A stretch of 64,000 bases of DNA from assembly GCA_000091205.1 (NCBI GenBank), contig AP006499.2. One strand, written 5' to 3'. The DNA comes from Cyanidioschyzon merolae (taxonomy: Eukaryota). The position numbers and the translations under genes are program-made. Positions 1 to 11,773 of the stretch are shown one piece after another; the first letter of the stretch is position 1; each line of letters starts with the position of its first letter. Under the pieces are notes generated by a model. It did no database searches and was not told where the DNA came from. It was given only the letters and a program-made list of their open reading frames with translations.

Positions 1-1825
1 GTCCCGATTTCGCTACTTCCGGCTGCTGTCAGAGCATGTCATGCATCGGCAAACGCTGCGACCTATGCTTCGCTTGCCATTTCCATGTTGTTTCTGTTCG
101 ACTTCGATGTACGCGTCAAAGCGGTGACATCTGGTTATCTTGCGGTGTTCTCCTGTGTCCGCAACGCCGGCTTCACGGGGCTACTTCCTTGTGGTGCCTG
201 AACGCTTACCTCATTGCCCGCTAGATGCGCTTGACGGATGCAGAGACGCTCGTCCATATCCGAATCCGTTTCTGCGCCCGGGGATGCAGCGCCCGATCAG
301 ACGTGCTTTTCCAGGTTATCCACTTGGTGCGTAGTTGGTCCCCTGTATGCGTATGCGAACGTTGCGTCATCCGACAGAGGATTTGCGGATCGCGATATTG
401 TCCATGATGAAACCAGTACCGCGTCCGAAATCGGAGCCCGACGATCAGCTCGTCACATTCCCATCGGTATACGCCCCGTCGTGCACAGCAGTGATGCTCT
501 CGCTATCGCAAGCAGTCGCTGCGATGACTAGATTCCGAGTGAAAGATGCTATTCCAAGTCAACAGAAGAGAACAGAGACGATCGTGCATATCCCGTGAGA
601 GGTATTGTGCTGGTGTCGGATGCCGTTTCGTCTAAGGTCACATGGAGAGGAGGATTTGTATTCCGCAGTTGTCGATTGCTTGACGTGACACGTTCATTGA
701 ACTTTAAACAAGAACTTGTGAACAAGTGCTCTAGCGACGACATTGAGCTGTTTTCTTCATCGATCCAGTGGCACGAATAGCGGCGCCTGCGACTTGCCTT
801 GGTTGATCAAAAACGTGCAGCATGCGCAAACCATACATGCAGCACGTAAGGAATTCAGAAGATCAAAGGCTTCTATCTATGAATTTGTTGATGATATCGA
901 TTATTTTACGAAGCCTTTTTCGAAGGTGTCTCGATTCGCCCTGATGTTGAGTACGTAACGAGTCCATGCGGCAACGAGTCGACGCAGTCACTCCACAGAA
1001 ACAGCCGAGAATCTTAAAAGGACCTTTGAATCCGTTGTCTCTCTCTTTGCTACAGTTCGATTCTTAAACCTGAAAATCTACAATCATTTTGGAAAGAATC
1101 GCCAGGCTAAAGCAGCACGAGCAGATACGCATCCACCCGACGCCTTTGGTACTTGGGCGTTTGGACGCGCGTGCGCTGCGCTTCAGCAGGCGAGGGACCA
1201 GATCCGAGAGCACCAAGAGCGTTACGGTGCTAGGTGGCCCTGGCTGGTGCTCTTTAAAGTGACGCAGGTGTTCAGGGGGTTCATAGGCTCGTGCGAAACA
1301 CTCGAGTCCATAGGCGCGAGCAGCCGTGCTCCACTTGGTTGTGGACGACTGGTTGAACTTGGGCACCTGTGCCTTGGCTTTGCGCGGCAGAGAGGCTCGA
1401 TCTTTACGTCGACCCTGCACACGGAACCTCACATCGCTTGGAGCTGGGAGAGGCACGCGAAATCCTGTTTCGTGTAGCTGAGCGACTTTTTCGTCTTCTT
1501 AAGCGGTGTATGAACTTTTGGAAAACCTCGGCACCGGCGTAGGGGTACGACCTGGAAAGCGCGGCGTTATTTTGGAGGTGGAGGCGAAGGGCATCGAGCG
1601 GAGACGGCCCCGACTGAGGAGGCAACCGTGCACGCCCGGGCTTCTGTGTATCGGTGCAGCTGCTGCTTAGACGCCTTCTTGCTGACGGCTGATCTGCCTG
1701 TGGCACGGAGCTCGAGCTTCAGTGCGTAACACAGGCAGCGTCGGGTGCTCTCGTTGGCACGACTTGTCTGCGGACGCACGTAGTGCGTATTTTCTTGCAT
1801 CTCTCGGGACGAACCCGTATCTGTA

Positions 1826-3877
1826 TTGCAGAACTGCAAAAGCTTGCTCCTGGAAACAGCGCTGTCTGTACTGCAGCAACAGATCACTCGGGTGGAGGCG
1901 TCTTTAGGTAGAGATCCAGCACTACTAGTGCGCACGCTGGGTGCACCGGAACCTTCTGCATCCTTCGAGCTGCACTCCATGCCGCTGGCGACCCATTCAG
2001 TTCACTTTCTCCGTACAACAACACCAACTGCGATGTTGCAAGACAAAGCGTGCCCAGGATGGACCATTCATATGCAGACGAATGCCCGAATACTCTTGCG
2101 TCACGACTGGCTCCGTGAGGATAGAACGCTGCAGGCTGCCTGGTACAGCGTGCTGGACCCTACAAAACTGAGCAAGCCGGGAGCATCTCTCGCTGGTTGT
2201 GCAAATGGTTTTAGAGCTCCTATCTCGCCCCGCTGGTCATTCGGAACTGGCAGTCAAAAGGAGTCGAGCGATCAGGAGAAGCTGCAGCCGCGAGACTCAG
2301 ATCCACTGGCACGCCTGCAAACGCCTCAGATGAGCGATGGCGTTGAGGCTGCAGCGCCAGGTGATTCTCCCGAGGAATCGAACAATACCGAATACACGCC
2401 GACACTGGCGCGCAAAGGAGCGAGCGTTGCCTCACTTACTCGCCGAAGAAGACATTCGGAGCTAGAGAAGGCGTCTACCAGGTGCACATCGCCCGAACGT
2501 TCGGTGTCGAAGCATCAGCTTTCCTGTGCTGCTTCGCCAGAGCGAGAGCATCCTAGCTGCCAGGACGCAATCCGAACTCGAAACGCTTCCGGAGACGAAC
2601 CGTCTGCACCAGCACGTGATTTAGGTTGCCTGTCGCTGCTCGTTGTAGGTTGCAAATCGCCGTCAAATATGAGTCGGCAGGAGAAACAAGCGCTTTCTGA
2701 AGCGCGAACGCTCTGGGAGATGCACGGCGGTCGTTGGCTGGACCCGTGCGACCTCTCGCAAGTCTTCCAACTGCTGGAGACGTTTATCGAGACCACAGGT
2801 ACCGCAAGTGCCGCCACGGATGATGAGACTTCAAACGCTTGCCCGAGTGCCGGCGAGGAGTCATCACCGATTTCGAAGCGCAGACGCTACGAACCGAAGC
2901 CCGGCGTTCGCGAACCTGCCGCAGGAAAAGCGTCACCGGAGCCAGCGCTGCTGATTGCAGCCCTGCATCATAGCGTTGCTGCATGTTTGCAATCAAAGCA
3001 GTGCTGTCCAGTAGACGGCCTGGCTGCACAACAGTTATACGCTATTGCGTCAATCGCGTGGCAACGCGGCTGGGCCCTCCTGATCGATCTGCAAAACACG
3101 AAGGACGACAAGGATATCCGTAACGCCGGAGCTGCCGCGTTGAGGGTGTGGATTCGTTCTGTTTTGAGCGAATCTGCATCTAGAATGGAACAATCCAAAT
3201 CAGAGGCTTCCCTTCAGGACGGCAACGAAAGCCTTTGGGAGCGAATTCGTAATCACGCGTTGGAGAATACAACCCCGAGCAAACTCGGTGTTTTTTCCAA
3301 TTTTGCTTTTTCGTTCATAAGCGAGAAGGATCATGTCGGTGTATCTGCTCCAGCTGCGAAACGGAGGAAACACGTCCGCCAGCACAGCTCAGAGACAACG
3401 GAACGTTGGTCAGCGGGAATGCAGCCCGGCGATGAGCATTGGCATCATGACGTGCAGCTGCTGATCCGTCTCGCGGGAGGCATCTGCGTCCCCGAGCAGA
3501 GCGACGCGGCTTGTATCCGAGAGCGCGCTTCCATTTCAGTAACAAGGCAGAAACGAACAAGGACACAGAACCCGGCGTCGACCGAGTCGCCTATGCATGC
3601 TTTCAAAGTATGCCGAGCGCTTGACCTCGCGAGAATGGAGGAGAACGCAAACTTCCCGGACTCTTCGCTGCCGCTGATTGACTGGGACCGGCTGCTGTCG
3701 GCAGTTTGTACTGGGACAGGGCACGCTCTGACGTCGTCGACAACCGCCTCGTGCCATGTGGAGGCGCCGAAATCCCCCGAACGGCAAGCATCAGCGACTC
3801 CAAAACGAGAGCAGAGCAAGCGGCGTGGAACCCGTTCGCCATCAAGACAATCCCAGAGATCAAAACGGCGATCCTGA
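1826..3877 (+). CDS. Hypothetical protein; Ser/Ala/Arg/Pro-rich, low complexity, no recognisable domain
   Basis: 2-kb uninterrupted ORF in the track. Length is unlikely by chance, but composition is GC-biased and no motif is recognised; the true start is uncertain. Confidence 0.35.
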   Translation: MQNCKSLLLETALSVLQQQITRVEASLGRDPALLVRTLGAPEPSASFELHSMPLATHSVHFLRTTTPTAMLQDKACPGWTIHMQTNARILLRHDWLREDRTLQAAWYSVLDPTKLSKPGASLAGCANGFRAPISPRWSFGTGSQKESSDQEKLQPRDSDPLARLQTPQMSDGVEAAAPGDSPEESNNTEYTPTLARKGASVASLTRRRRHSELEKASTRCTSPERSVSKHQLSCAASPEREHPSCQDAIRTRNASGDEPSAPARDLGCLSLLVVGCKSPSNMSRQEKQALSEARTLWEMHGGRWLDPCDLSQVFQLLETFIETTGTASAATDDETSNACPSAGEESSPISKRRRYEPKPGVREPAAGKASPEPALLIAALHHSVAACLQSKQCCPVDGLAAQQLYAIASIAWQRGWALLIDLQNTKDDKDIRNAGAAALRVWIRSVLSESASRMEQSKSEASLQDGNESLWERIRNHALENTTPSKLGVFSNFAFSFISEKDHVGVSAPAAKRRKHVRQHSSETTERWSAGMQPGDEHWHHDVQLLIRLAGGICVPEQSDAACIRERASISVTRQKRTRTQNPASTESPMHAFKVCRALDLARMEENANFPDSSLPLIDWDRLLSAVCTGTGHALTSSTTASCHVEAPKSPERQASATPKREQSKRRGTRSPSRQSQRSKRRS

Positions 3878-4501
3878 TGCCCTGGCCTGTACTAAGATGC
3901 CGGATCCGCACCCAGACTGGTCAAGTACAACAGCATCAACGACCTAGTGATGACGCGAAGAGATGTCCGACGATAGAGCTGGCTGTGCCTGCTGCCTGGA
4001 CCCGCCAACATGAGGCAATACGCAGTCATCTCGAACAATGAAATACCATCGTGATTCACCAATTGCTCACAAAATGCATTCCCGATGTATCTATACAGCG
4101 CTTTCTTCTTACTGGACTGCTGAACCGTACGAGAGCAGTGCCTTGGTGCAGACGGAGATCCAATGACCACTCTCGTGGCCATTGATTTTTTTCATCGGAA
4201 TTTGTCAGCATGTGAGTACAGTGCCTCGACTGCGTTCTCAGCGATTCCCACGAACATTCGCGTAAAACGAAGCTGCTGGAGGCCCCGGAGAGCATGAATC
4301 ATTTCCGGATATTGATCGAGGCGCTCAAGTATCGGTGCAGAAGGTGCTTCGGCGCATTGTTGATAGCAAAGTCACACCATAGCGAGCCTCGCTTCCTCCA
4401 TTGCCTCTCCGTTTGGCGCTTGATTCGCTCTGCCCGACGCCATCTCGAGCATTCGTCTCTGTTTCACGCCTTGCTTATGCATCTGTTGGATATGCGATCC
4501 G

Positions 4502-5040
4502 TAAAACAGAAAATGCGCCACGACCATGGCGGGTACGTTTCCATATACCCACGCGCAGACGCGTCCCAGCATTTTTGACTGGCTGCCTGCTATCGGTATC
4601 GGATTATCCAGGTAAACGTGGTGCTTGAGACGCTGCCCCACAAAGTTAGCTCGCGTTAGCTCCTTGGGTATCTCGTCAGTTGCACCGGAAATCGTCTGAT
4701 ACTGATATCGACGTTGAACTCTCGATTCACGAACTCCTTGCGTCCGTTGTCGCTGGTGGAACGCACCAGTGCAACGATCCCCGGAACGCGAGCCCTCTGG
4801 GTCACAACAGTCTCGTCGTCATCCCGTCGCGGAAACCCCGCGTCTCGTCTATCTTTCCTCTTTCTTTTGTCGTATGTTCTTCTGTGCTCGATGATTGACA
4901 AACAGCGGATTTTTCCGGTTTTCCGGCATCTGGCGATCACGGGCATCTAGGATCCCCGACTTTTACGTCCATACCGTCCGCTTGGATTGTTTATTTCTTC
5001 AAAATGAACGCACTTTGAACGCGTCTGCTATAAACCACGA
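4502..5040 (-). mobile_element. Truncated 3' fragment of a TnpB/Fanzor-like (IS200/605 OMEGA-type) element, copy 1
   Basis: Minus-strand ORF 4656..4946 ends ...KEFVNREFNVDISIRR, a degenerate match to the TnpB C-terminal zinc-finger/RuvC-III signature. Flanking DNA aligns with the other copies: the 'aaaacagaaaatgcgccacgaccatggcgggtacgtttccatatacccacgcgcagacgc' tail at 4502-4560 and the 'ttatttcttcaaaatgaacgcac' body start at 4990. Homology is lost after ~5040. Confidence 0.45.
4656..4946 (-). pseudogene. TnpB/Fanzor-like nuclease C-terminal remnant (RuvC-III motif degraded: D>E, AA>VD)
   Basis: The track ORF ends ...EFVNREFNVDISIRR. Compare copy B's CNKFVNRDHNAAVNIRR and the canonical TnpB C(G/N)FVxDRDxNAAxNI. 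Confidence 0.4.
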
Positions 5041-8000
5041 GAAAGCATTTGATTACAGGAACCCAGGAATAAAACACATTTGAGGCGAAAGACGACTAGG
5101 TGCACCGGTGCTTGTGATGCGTGTATGTTGTCCTTGACGTATGAAAGCGAATCATAGCACATCGTCTCCTGCACTCGTTGTGCGCTATCTTGGGCACAGC
5201 AGGAGTGCATTCTCGTGCGCGACAGCTCGTCCAGCGCCATCGTCAAGCACCAAATGATGCAGGTTATCAGTCAACAACGCTTCTGACTCATTGCACAAGT
5301 CGGTGAATGCACATTTCTTGCCTCCGTCCAATCGAGACGGGTCGGCAACCCCAGCGCGGTTACAGGCGTCTTTGACAAAAATCGTTCCCGTGATCCACTT
5401 GAACAGTCACGTTTTATCTAAATGAAGCGTACAGAGTCTCGCTGGCGGCTCGATACGGTTCTCAGAGTGTCGAGACTCGGCTGCTCACGCCGTGATTCCT
5501 CTTCCTGGCATGTCGCCTAGCATTCAGGATTCCCGACTGCAGATGATGTCGAGCCCCGGAGACGATGAGCAGCAGCATCTGCTTTTCGTTTTTGGCATCG
5601 GGTCCGTCCGTCCTTTAAATTTAGCAGTACGGAGACGCCCTTGGAGGTCTTCAATCCAGGATCCAAGTCCGTTGCCAAGTCTTTCTCTTCATCTACGTCG
5701 AGCGGATGAACATAAGAATCGTTGCCCGAATGGGACCTCGGTTTTCACCAAATGCATGCAGAGCGATGTGTGGTCGACCTCCATTGCCCCAGTACACTCG
5801 TTTTCATTTCCTCCCTGTGAACGTGAAACCTTGAACGAACTCCGTCACAATGTTCCTCATGAAGTTCTTCGAATGCTGCATGCCTGCTCGCGGAGACCAG
5901 ACGTAACGGACTGAGGTCGGCATGCAACGCAGTCCAGTCCAGAAGTATCTACGGGCACATGTACAGGAACACGGAGTTGGATACGGTTCCCCGATCGAAC
6001 GGAAACCTTGAGGAGGATTGAGTGCTCGGATCCGGGATGGCAGTCTGGTTTGCTGTCGAGGGCTCTGTTCAGGAAAATCCAGAAGCGAAAGATGCAACGA
6101 AGGTAGCGATGACGTACCCAGCGCCTTCTGGATACGACATCCCGCCGTCCGCAACCGTGTGCAGCACGACCAGCGTGAACGATCTGAAGCGAACCTCGTT
6201 CTCGTAGCGACACCTCTCCTGAACTCGCTACCACCCTTAGCGCTTCCGTCACCAGTTCGTCATTTGCATATAGCGAAAGACCAAGAATCCCTTACATCAG
6301 TCCCTGCTCCTCTGGGTCAGCTAGGTGATGGTATCAAGCCCATAGGTTGCATTTCACGAAGCGCTCGAGATGGACCCGTTGATGGATTTTCAGGTTCGTT
6401 AGATGCACTTTGTCACCTGTCCTCTGGACGTTCCGCTAGAAAACATGACAAGCCTGCGAGTCAACCTTTCATCCGAAACGCATTAGCAACTGTTTGATTC
6501 TGAGATCGAACCGTTTCGCATCTAATATCCTGGGGAATCGTTGTGTTGTTCCACGACAGCTAGATCAAACTTCCAAGCGAATGTGGTGAGCTTCCAGACC
6601 GGCTTCGCGACCTTGTACGAAGTTTGGCTTGACCAGGCGCGTCTAGACAAGGGAAGCAAGGCGGACCTTTCTCGAGTGAGAAGCTACTCGACCTCAAAAA
6701 GGGCTCTGCAATGCTCCATTCGAAAGATTCTCAACGCCGTATTGGTATGTTTGAATTTGGAGGCAATAAAATTGTTATCACAGTGAGCTTCTTGGTCCTA
6801 TGGTTTTCCGGTCTTGTGCCTTTTCGCCCTCTCTTCGGAATAATCTTTCTCTTCTATGGCTGGTGATGTCTTCTCTGTCTCTATTACTTGGCGGGATTGT
6901 AAAGCCCCTATGCTCTACATCCGTTCTTTCCCTCGTGACTCACATATGCGCTGGGTCCACGATAGGACTGAGACTCGTCTTTTCTAATTCCATTTCCAAA
7001 AGTTCTCAAGTACCTCCTCATCACCTTCTCCGTCGCAAGCAAGCCCGCGGACTGAAGGGCACCGTCCCGCTCGCTCCTGTACACGAGCACAGAAGCAGCA
7101 GAGCAGCCAGGGCCGGTGAAGATGCTCGAGAACGCATTGTCGAAGTGAGGTGTCACGGATCCGAACAACTCGTCTAATGATCCATGAATTGAAACATAGC
7201 GCTCGAAAAAACATAAAAGACGCTTTCGAACGGGTTGAAGCGGGGAGGCTAGGCTGGCATGAAGCGTTGGTCAAAGCCAGTCTCCACCGGATGCTTCTTG
7301 ACCGCTTTTGATTCATGGACATCGATGTTGTCTAACAGCAGCACCGAAGCATGCGGGATGGAGAATCCACAAAGCGTACGTCGACGAAGGATGCGGTTTC
7401 GAGCATTCCCTTCCGTTTGGCGATTCGTAGGTAACGAAACGATAGCATCGCAGCTATCGCTGGTGCTGTCGCCGTGCCCGGTTGTCGCTTCTTAACGAAA
7501 AGCGGATTACCCCGCTTTGTGAACCCATAAACAGGTCAGCAGCTTCCCGTGAATGAGTCTTGTTGAGTGAGACAAGCATACGTCCCTCCTGTACAACGCG
7601 GTCGTGTTTCAGTACGAAATCGATATGGTGTTGGTCAATGCGTAATGGTCTCCCAAAGGAGCGTGCTTTTTGCTTCGTCAATCTGTGTCATTTATCACTG
7701 TACGGATCAACGATTCGCAAACTCTACATCCTGTAGCTTATCAGATAGTAATTCTCAGAGTATGCATATGGTTTGGAATGCATGGACGAGGCGAAAATCG
7801 TGTGGATAGAGCTTGATAAGTGCTGCTTTGGGTCCACGACTTTCTACGAGAAGCGTGTTTCATCCATCCGTTGATCGTAGAATGGCTTTCTTGCACACCA
7901 AAGACCTCTTCTCGCTAGCTTTCATTGACAGCACGGTCTTTCCGCGTCCTCTCTCAAGCCTCAGGGATGCAATCCTTTTGTTAAATACCTACCAGAAAAA

Positions 8001-8790
8001 CAAATTAAAACAGAAACGGCGTGCTGGTACGCATGTACCAGCATTCACTGCGCTCATTACATCACAGGTGGTAGCGCCGCCTCCCGGGCCTAGCACTCGG
8101 ATATGCGACCTACTCTCGCTCGAGTTCGATAAACGGCCAAGAGTCGGCTCTGTGTCATGGTTTCGCAAAACCGAGCACTTGTTGGATGCAGGTCCCGAAG
8201 CGCGAGCACTTGCGCCTCCCGCACATATCTTCGAGAAAAGAGCGGTCCACTGCAAGTCCAGTGCCAGAGAAACCAGCGCATGTTTTCCTGATACAAACAT
8301 TTCCTGGGGCGACTCGTTACCTAGATTCTAGTCATCTTTACGTGTGCCTCACTAGCGTCGGAGCAGAATCGATATGCCGAAAGTGCGCACGCTCTAGCAA
8401 AGCGTCAGCACAGCCGCCCCCTGCACGCAACGTGGACCCGAGTCACGAACACGGGTGCAGTGCCCTGTAGCAGCGAACTTTTTTGTTCCAGCCGTTGCCA
8501 CAGCTTCCGTTCCTACTACCGTAACGATTCCCCGGACTCCCGCGAATCTAATTCTTCCATAAGAAACTACCAGCAAAACGAAGCAATCACCCGCCCAGTC
8601 ATACGCAACGCTCGTTTGCGAACATACCCGGTGTTCCGCAGCGGAGTCCGAATGCCACCGCAGACGTCGCCGGTGCGGTAACGCACGTTCCATCGAATAC
8701 GCTGCTCCTTGCGGCTGCGCTGCTCGACTGGGTCCACGTACCGCTCTTGTTGCTGGTGCGGCATCGACAACTGGTACAGCTACCAGTGCT

Positions 8791-11406
8791 TTGGTTACTC
8801 GTTCCATCGCCATGGCTTTTGGCACAGACGACACCTACGGCTCCACGACTCACGGGAAATATCGTCCCAAGTCCGATATGCGGTACGACGGGGCGGCTGC
8901 GCAGGTGTTCTTCACGTGTCTGCTGGGCCTGCTGTGCGTGAGTGTTACCTGGGGGCGCTGGCGGCACCTGATTCATCAACGAAAGGTTTCCGCCGAACAC
9001 GAACGAGCGCTATGTCCGTGTCGTGCGTGTCGCAGTCGTCGTCACGCTAAAATCGCTCAGAAACGGCGAAGCGAACGCTTGAAACGGCTAGTTGTGAACG
9101 GCGTGCTGCTGGGCCTCTGGCTCCTCTTCCTTTTCGCTGTAGTGTTCCTGTACCGCAGCGTTTCCGCGTCACTCGCTAACGAGACGCCATTCGACCCGTA
9201 CGAGGTTTTGGGAGTCTCCAGAAACGCTGATCGTGAGCAGATCGTCCGTGCGTACCGCAAACGCTCGCTTGAACTGCACCCAGATAAAAACCTGCAGAAT
9301 CCGAACTATCAACCCGAAGCGTTTGTGCGGTTGAACAAGGCGTACCGAGTGCTTACAGACCCCGTAGCTCTTGAAAACTACCAAAAGTACGGGAACCCTG
9401 ACGGATACCAAGGCACACGTTATGGGATCGCGTTGCCGAGTTGGCTCGTGGACCGGGGCACCCCGGTCCTCCTCGGCTATGCGCTGGTGTTGCTGGCGGG
9501 ACTGCCACTCGGGGTGGGTATGTGGTGGCGTCGACGGGCCCATCTGCTATCCGAGAGCGTTAGTCAAGAGACATATGCGCTGTTTGCAGAGTTTCTGGGC
9601 CAGCCAACGGCGATAAAGTTTCGCAACTTGCCCGAAGTCTACGGTGCAGCACTCGAGTTTGCAACCCGTACACCGTTCGAGGCTGAATGTGGCGATCGTG
9701 AGGCCATCAGTCTGCTCTGTCAAGCGCTTGAAACAGGTGGCCGGTTTGATCACCGCGAACAACGACTGTTTAATCGCGGACTCCCGCATTTTACGATGAA
9801 CAATGTGTTACTGCACGCGCACCTCGCTCGTATAGAGTTGGATCGTTTTCCCGTTGATATGACCCGTATGAAACAAAATGTGGAGGTTCTGCTTGCACAC
9901 GTGGATAGCATGATACCAGCGATGGTTGACGTGGCTGGTGCGACGCCTCGACCCGAGGTAATGCGGCGGTATCAGCGCGTCTTCTCCACAGGTGGCTATA
10001 TCGACCGGGTGCTGCGCATAATTCAACTCGAACAGAGTCTTTGTCAGGCGATGCTTCCGAGCGAAAGCGAGTTGCTCCAGTTGCCGTGGTTTGGGCTCAG
10101 CGAAGTCAAAGTTTGCGCAACAAGTCGCAGGTTCGGGGCCGATGGGATCCGCACGATCGCTGAGCTGCGGGAGCGTGTCTGGGAACCCGATGTGCTTGCG
10201 ATGCTGGCGAGCCAGGGGCCATCAGCCCTGTTCCCCATAGAGGCACCAGCAACGGCAGCGAAGCGGTGCATACGTCGTTCGGACCTCCAAGAAACGCGCG
10301 GCCGCCACGGAGCAGCAACGGAGGCATCCACAGCGCCGTGCGGGCTCGAGTCCCGGCTCGATACCGGCGCTGAGCGACTGTTGCGGTGCAACTGGGACGG
10401 CACTCGACTCCGATCTCTGTTGCGCATGTTCTCCGATGCTCAACTCGATGATATCCACCTGTTTTTGATTCGCTACCCCCGCAAAGTTCAATTGCAAGTA
10501 GTCGAGCCTTACGTCGTGGACCAGGATCGCGCTGGTGAAGCGGACCTGGTGCGCGATCCTCGCGTTCATGCTGGCGATATCACGACGCTGGAGGTTCATA
10601 TCCTCATCGAGCGTTTAGGCTGGCAAGAGATGCCGAATCGAACCACTTACTACCCGTGTTGCAGTCGATTGCCGTTTGACAAGAACGAGCACTGGTGGAT
10701 GATCGTCGGCGATCGGAAGATGAATTCCATCGTCGCTGTTCGGCGGCTTCATGCCCGGCAGGCTGTTCAACAGCAGCCGGGGTCTCGGCAAGCGGCTGCA
10801 TCTGCCGGGGAAGCAACAGATGCCCGGGACATGACGTGTACACCATCGCCGCCCACAAGCGCTTCGAGTCGCACCTCGACGCAAACTGATGCCTCTGACA
10901 CCGCCACAAGTGGCAGCAACAACATCGGCGATCGTGATGGAGCAAGTCCCGTAGCCGCATCCGGGGCTCGCGAGTACGCCCAGCCCACAGACAAGTGCGA
11001 CCTGGCTCCGTATATCCGACGAGAAGCGCTTTCGTACAGCGTTCAGTTCATGGCGCCGCCTCAGGTTGGTACCTGCAAGCTGGTCGTGCACGCCCTACCG
11101 GATTGTTATTTTGGGCTCAATCGCCATGTACAGTTGGATGTGGATATACACGAGCACAAGCCGCCTGAACCGGAAATGCATTATTTCGATCCGAGCGATC
11201 TTAGTGAGGACGACGATGACAGGCCCACTGGCCAAGCACGATCGCTTACCGCTGAGCATACGAGAGCAGTGCCAGCGTCGAATGGTGAACAGGGCGTCTC
11301 CAGTGAGCGCACGTCCACGCAACAGGTTCCAAATGATACCGAATCCGCAGAGGACACTGATTCGAGTGCTGATGACGCCTTCGACATCGACGGCGAAGCG
11401 GACTAG
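8791..11406 (+). CDS. SEC63: Sec63-like ER translocon J-domain protein: N-terminal TM segments, luminal J domain with HPD, Sec63/Brl-like domain, acidic C-terminus
   Basis: J-domain motif YEVLGVSRNADREQIVRAYRKRSLELHPDKN lies between hydrophobic segments (FFTCLLGLLCVSV, LLGLWLLFLFAVVFL, LLGYALVLLAGLPLGVGMWW). It is followed by a ~450-aa domain and an acidic tail ...SAEDTDSSADDAFDIDGEAD, matching Sec63 topology. Confidence 0.75.
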   Translation: MVTRSIAMAFGTDDTYGSTTHGKYRPKSDMRYDGAAAQVFFTCLLGLLCVSVTWGRWRHLIHQRKVSAEHERALCPCRACRSRRHAKIAQKRRSERLKRLVVNGVLLGLWLLFLFAVVFLYRSVSASLANETPFDPYEVLGVSRNADREQIVRAYRKRSLELHPDKNLQNPNYQPEAFVRLNKAYRVLTDPVALENYQKYGNPDGYQGTRYGIALPSWLVDRGTPVLLGYALVLLAGLPLGVGMWWRRRAHLLSESVSQETYALFAEFLGQPTAIKFRNLPEVYGAALEFATRTPFEAECGDREAISLLCQALETGGRFDHREQRLFNRGLPHFTMNNVLLHAHLARIELDRFPVDMTRMKQNVEVLLAHVDSMIPAMVDVAGATPRPEVMRRYQRVFSTGGYIDRVLRIIQLEQSLCQAMLPSESELLQLPWFGLSEVKVCATSRRFGADGIRTIAELRERVWEPDVLAMLASQGPSALFPIEAPATAAKRCIRRSDLQETRGRHGAATEASTAPCGLESRLDTGAERLLRCNWDGTRLRSLLRMFSDAQLDDIHLFLIRYPRKVQLQVVEPYVVDQDRAGEADLVRDPRVHAGDITTLEVHILIERLGWQEMPNRTTYYPCCSRLPFDKNEHWWMIVGDRKMNSIVAVRRLHARQAVQQQPGSRQAAASAGEATDARDMTCTPSPPTSASSRTSTQTDASDTATSGSNNIGDRDGASPVAASGAREYAQPTDKCDLAPYIRREALSYSVQFMAPPQVGTCKLVVHALPDCYFGLNRHVQLDVDIHEHKPPEPEMHYFDPSDLSEDDDDRPTGQARSLTAEHTRAVPASNGEQGVSSERTSTQQVPNDTESAEDTDSSADDAFDIDGEAD

Positions 11407-11773
11407 ACGCACAACGCGATGGTGCTGCTGCATATATAGGCGGCATTCGCAACTGCGATCCAGTGACTGGTACGGACAGGATCTCACAGCCTGCATCGCG
11501 CGTGCTGAACATCACGGGCTCTGGTCGAGAGTGCACTCAGGGAGCGCCTAAACCAGGGACGAGGCGGAAGCGGGCACCTGTCAGCTGTTCGATGATCGCC
11601 CGTGGTCGTGAGAGCGCTCACGCGGAAACACCATGCTTTTCCCTAAAGTCAACGATAGTATTTAATGGAAATGCGCATTCATGTGGAGCGCTTTCAAGCA
11701 GCGCGCGTCATTGGCAGCACCACGGGCATGCGCGAGGCATCTCGCTCTCCGTCCAGACGCCCACGGACTCGAA

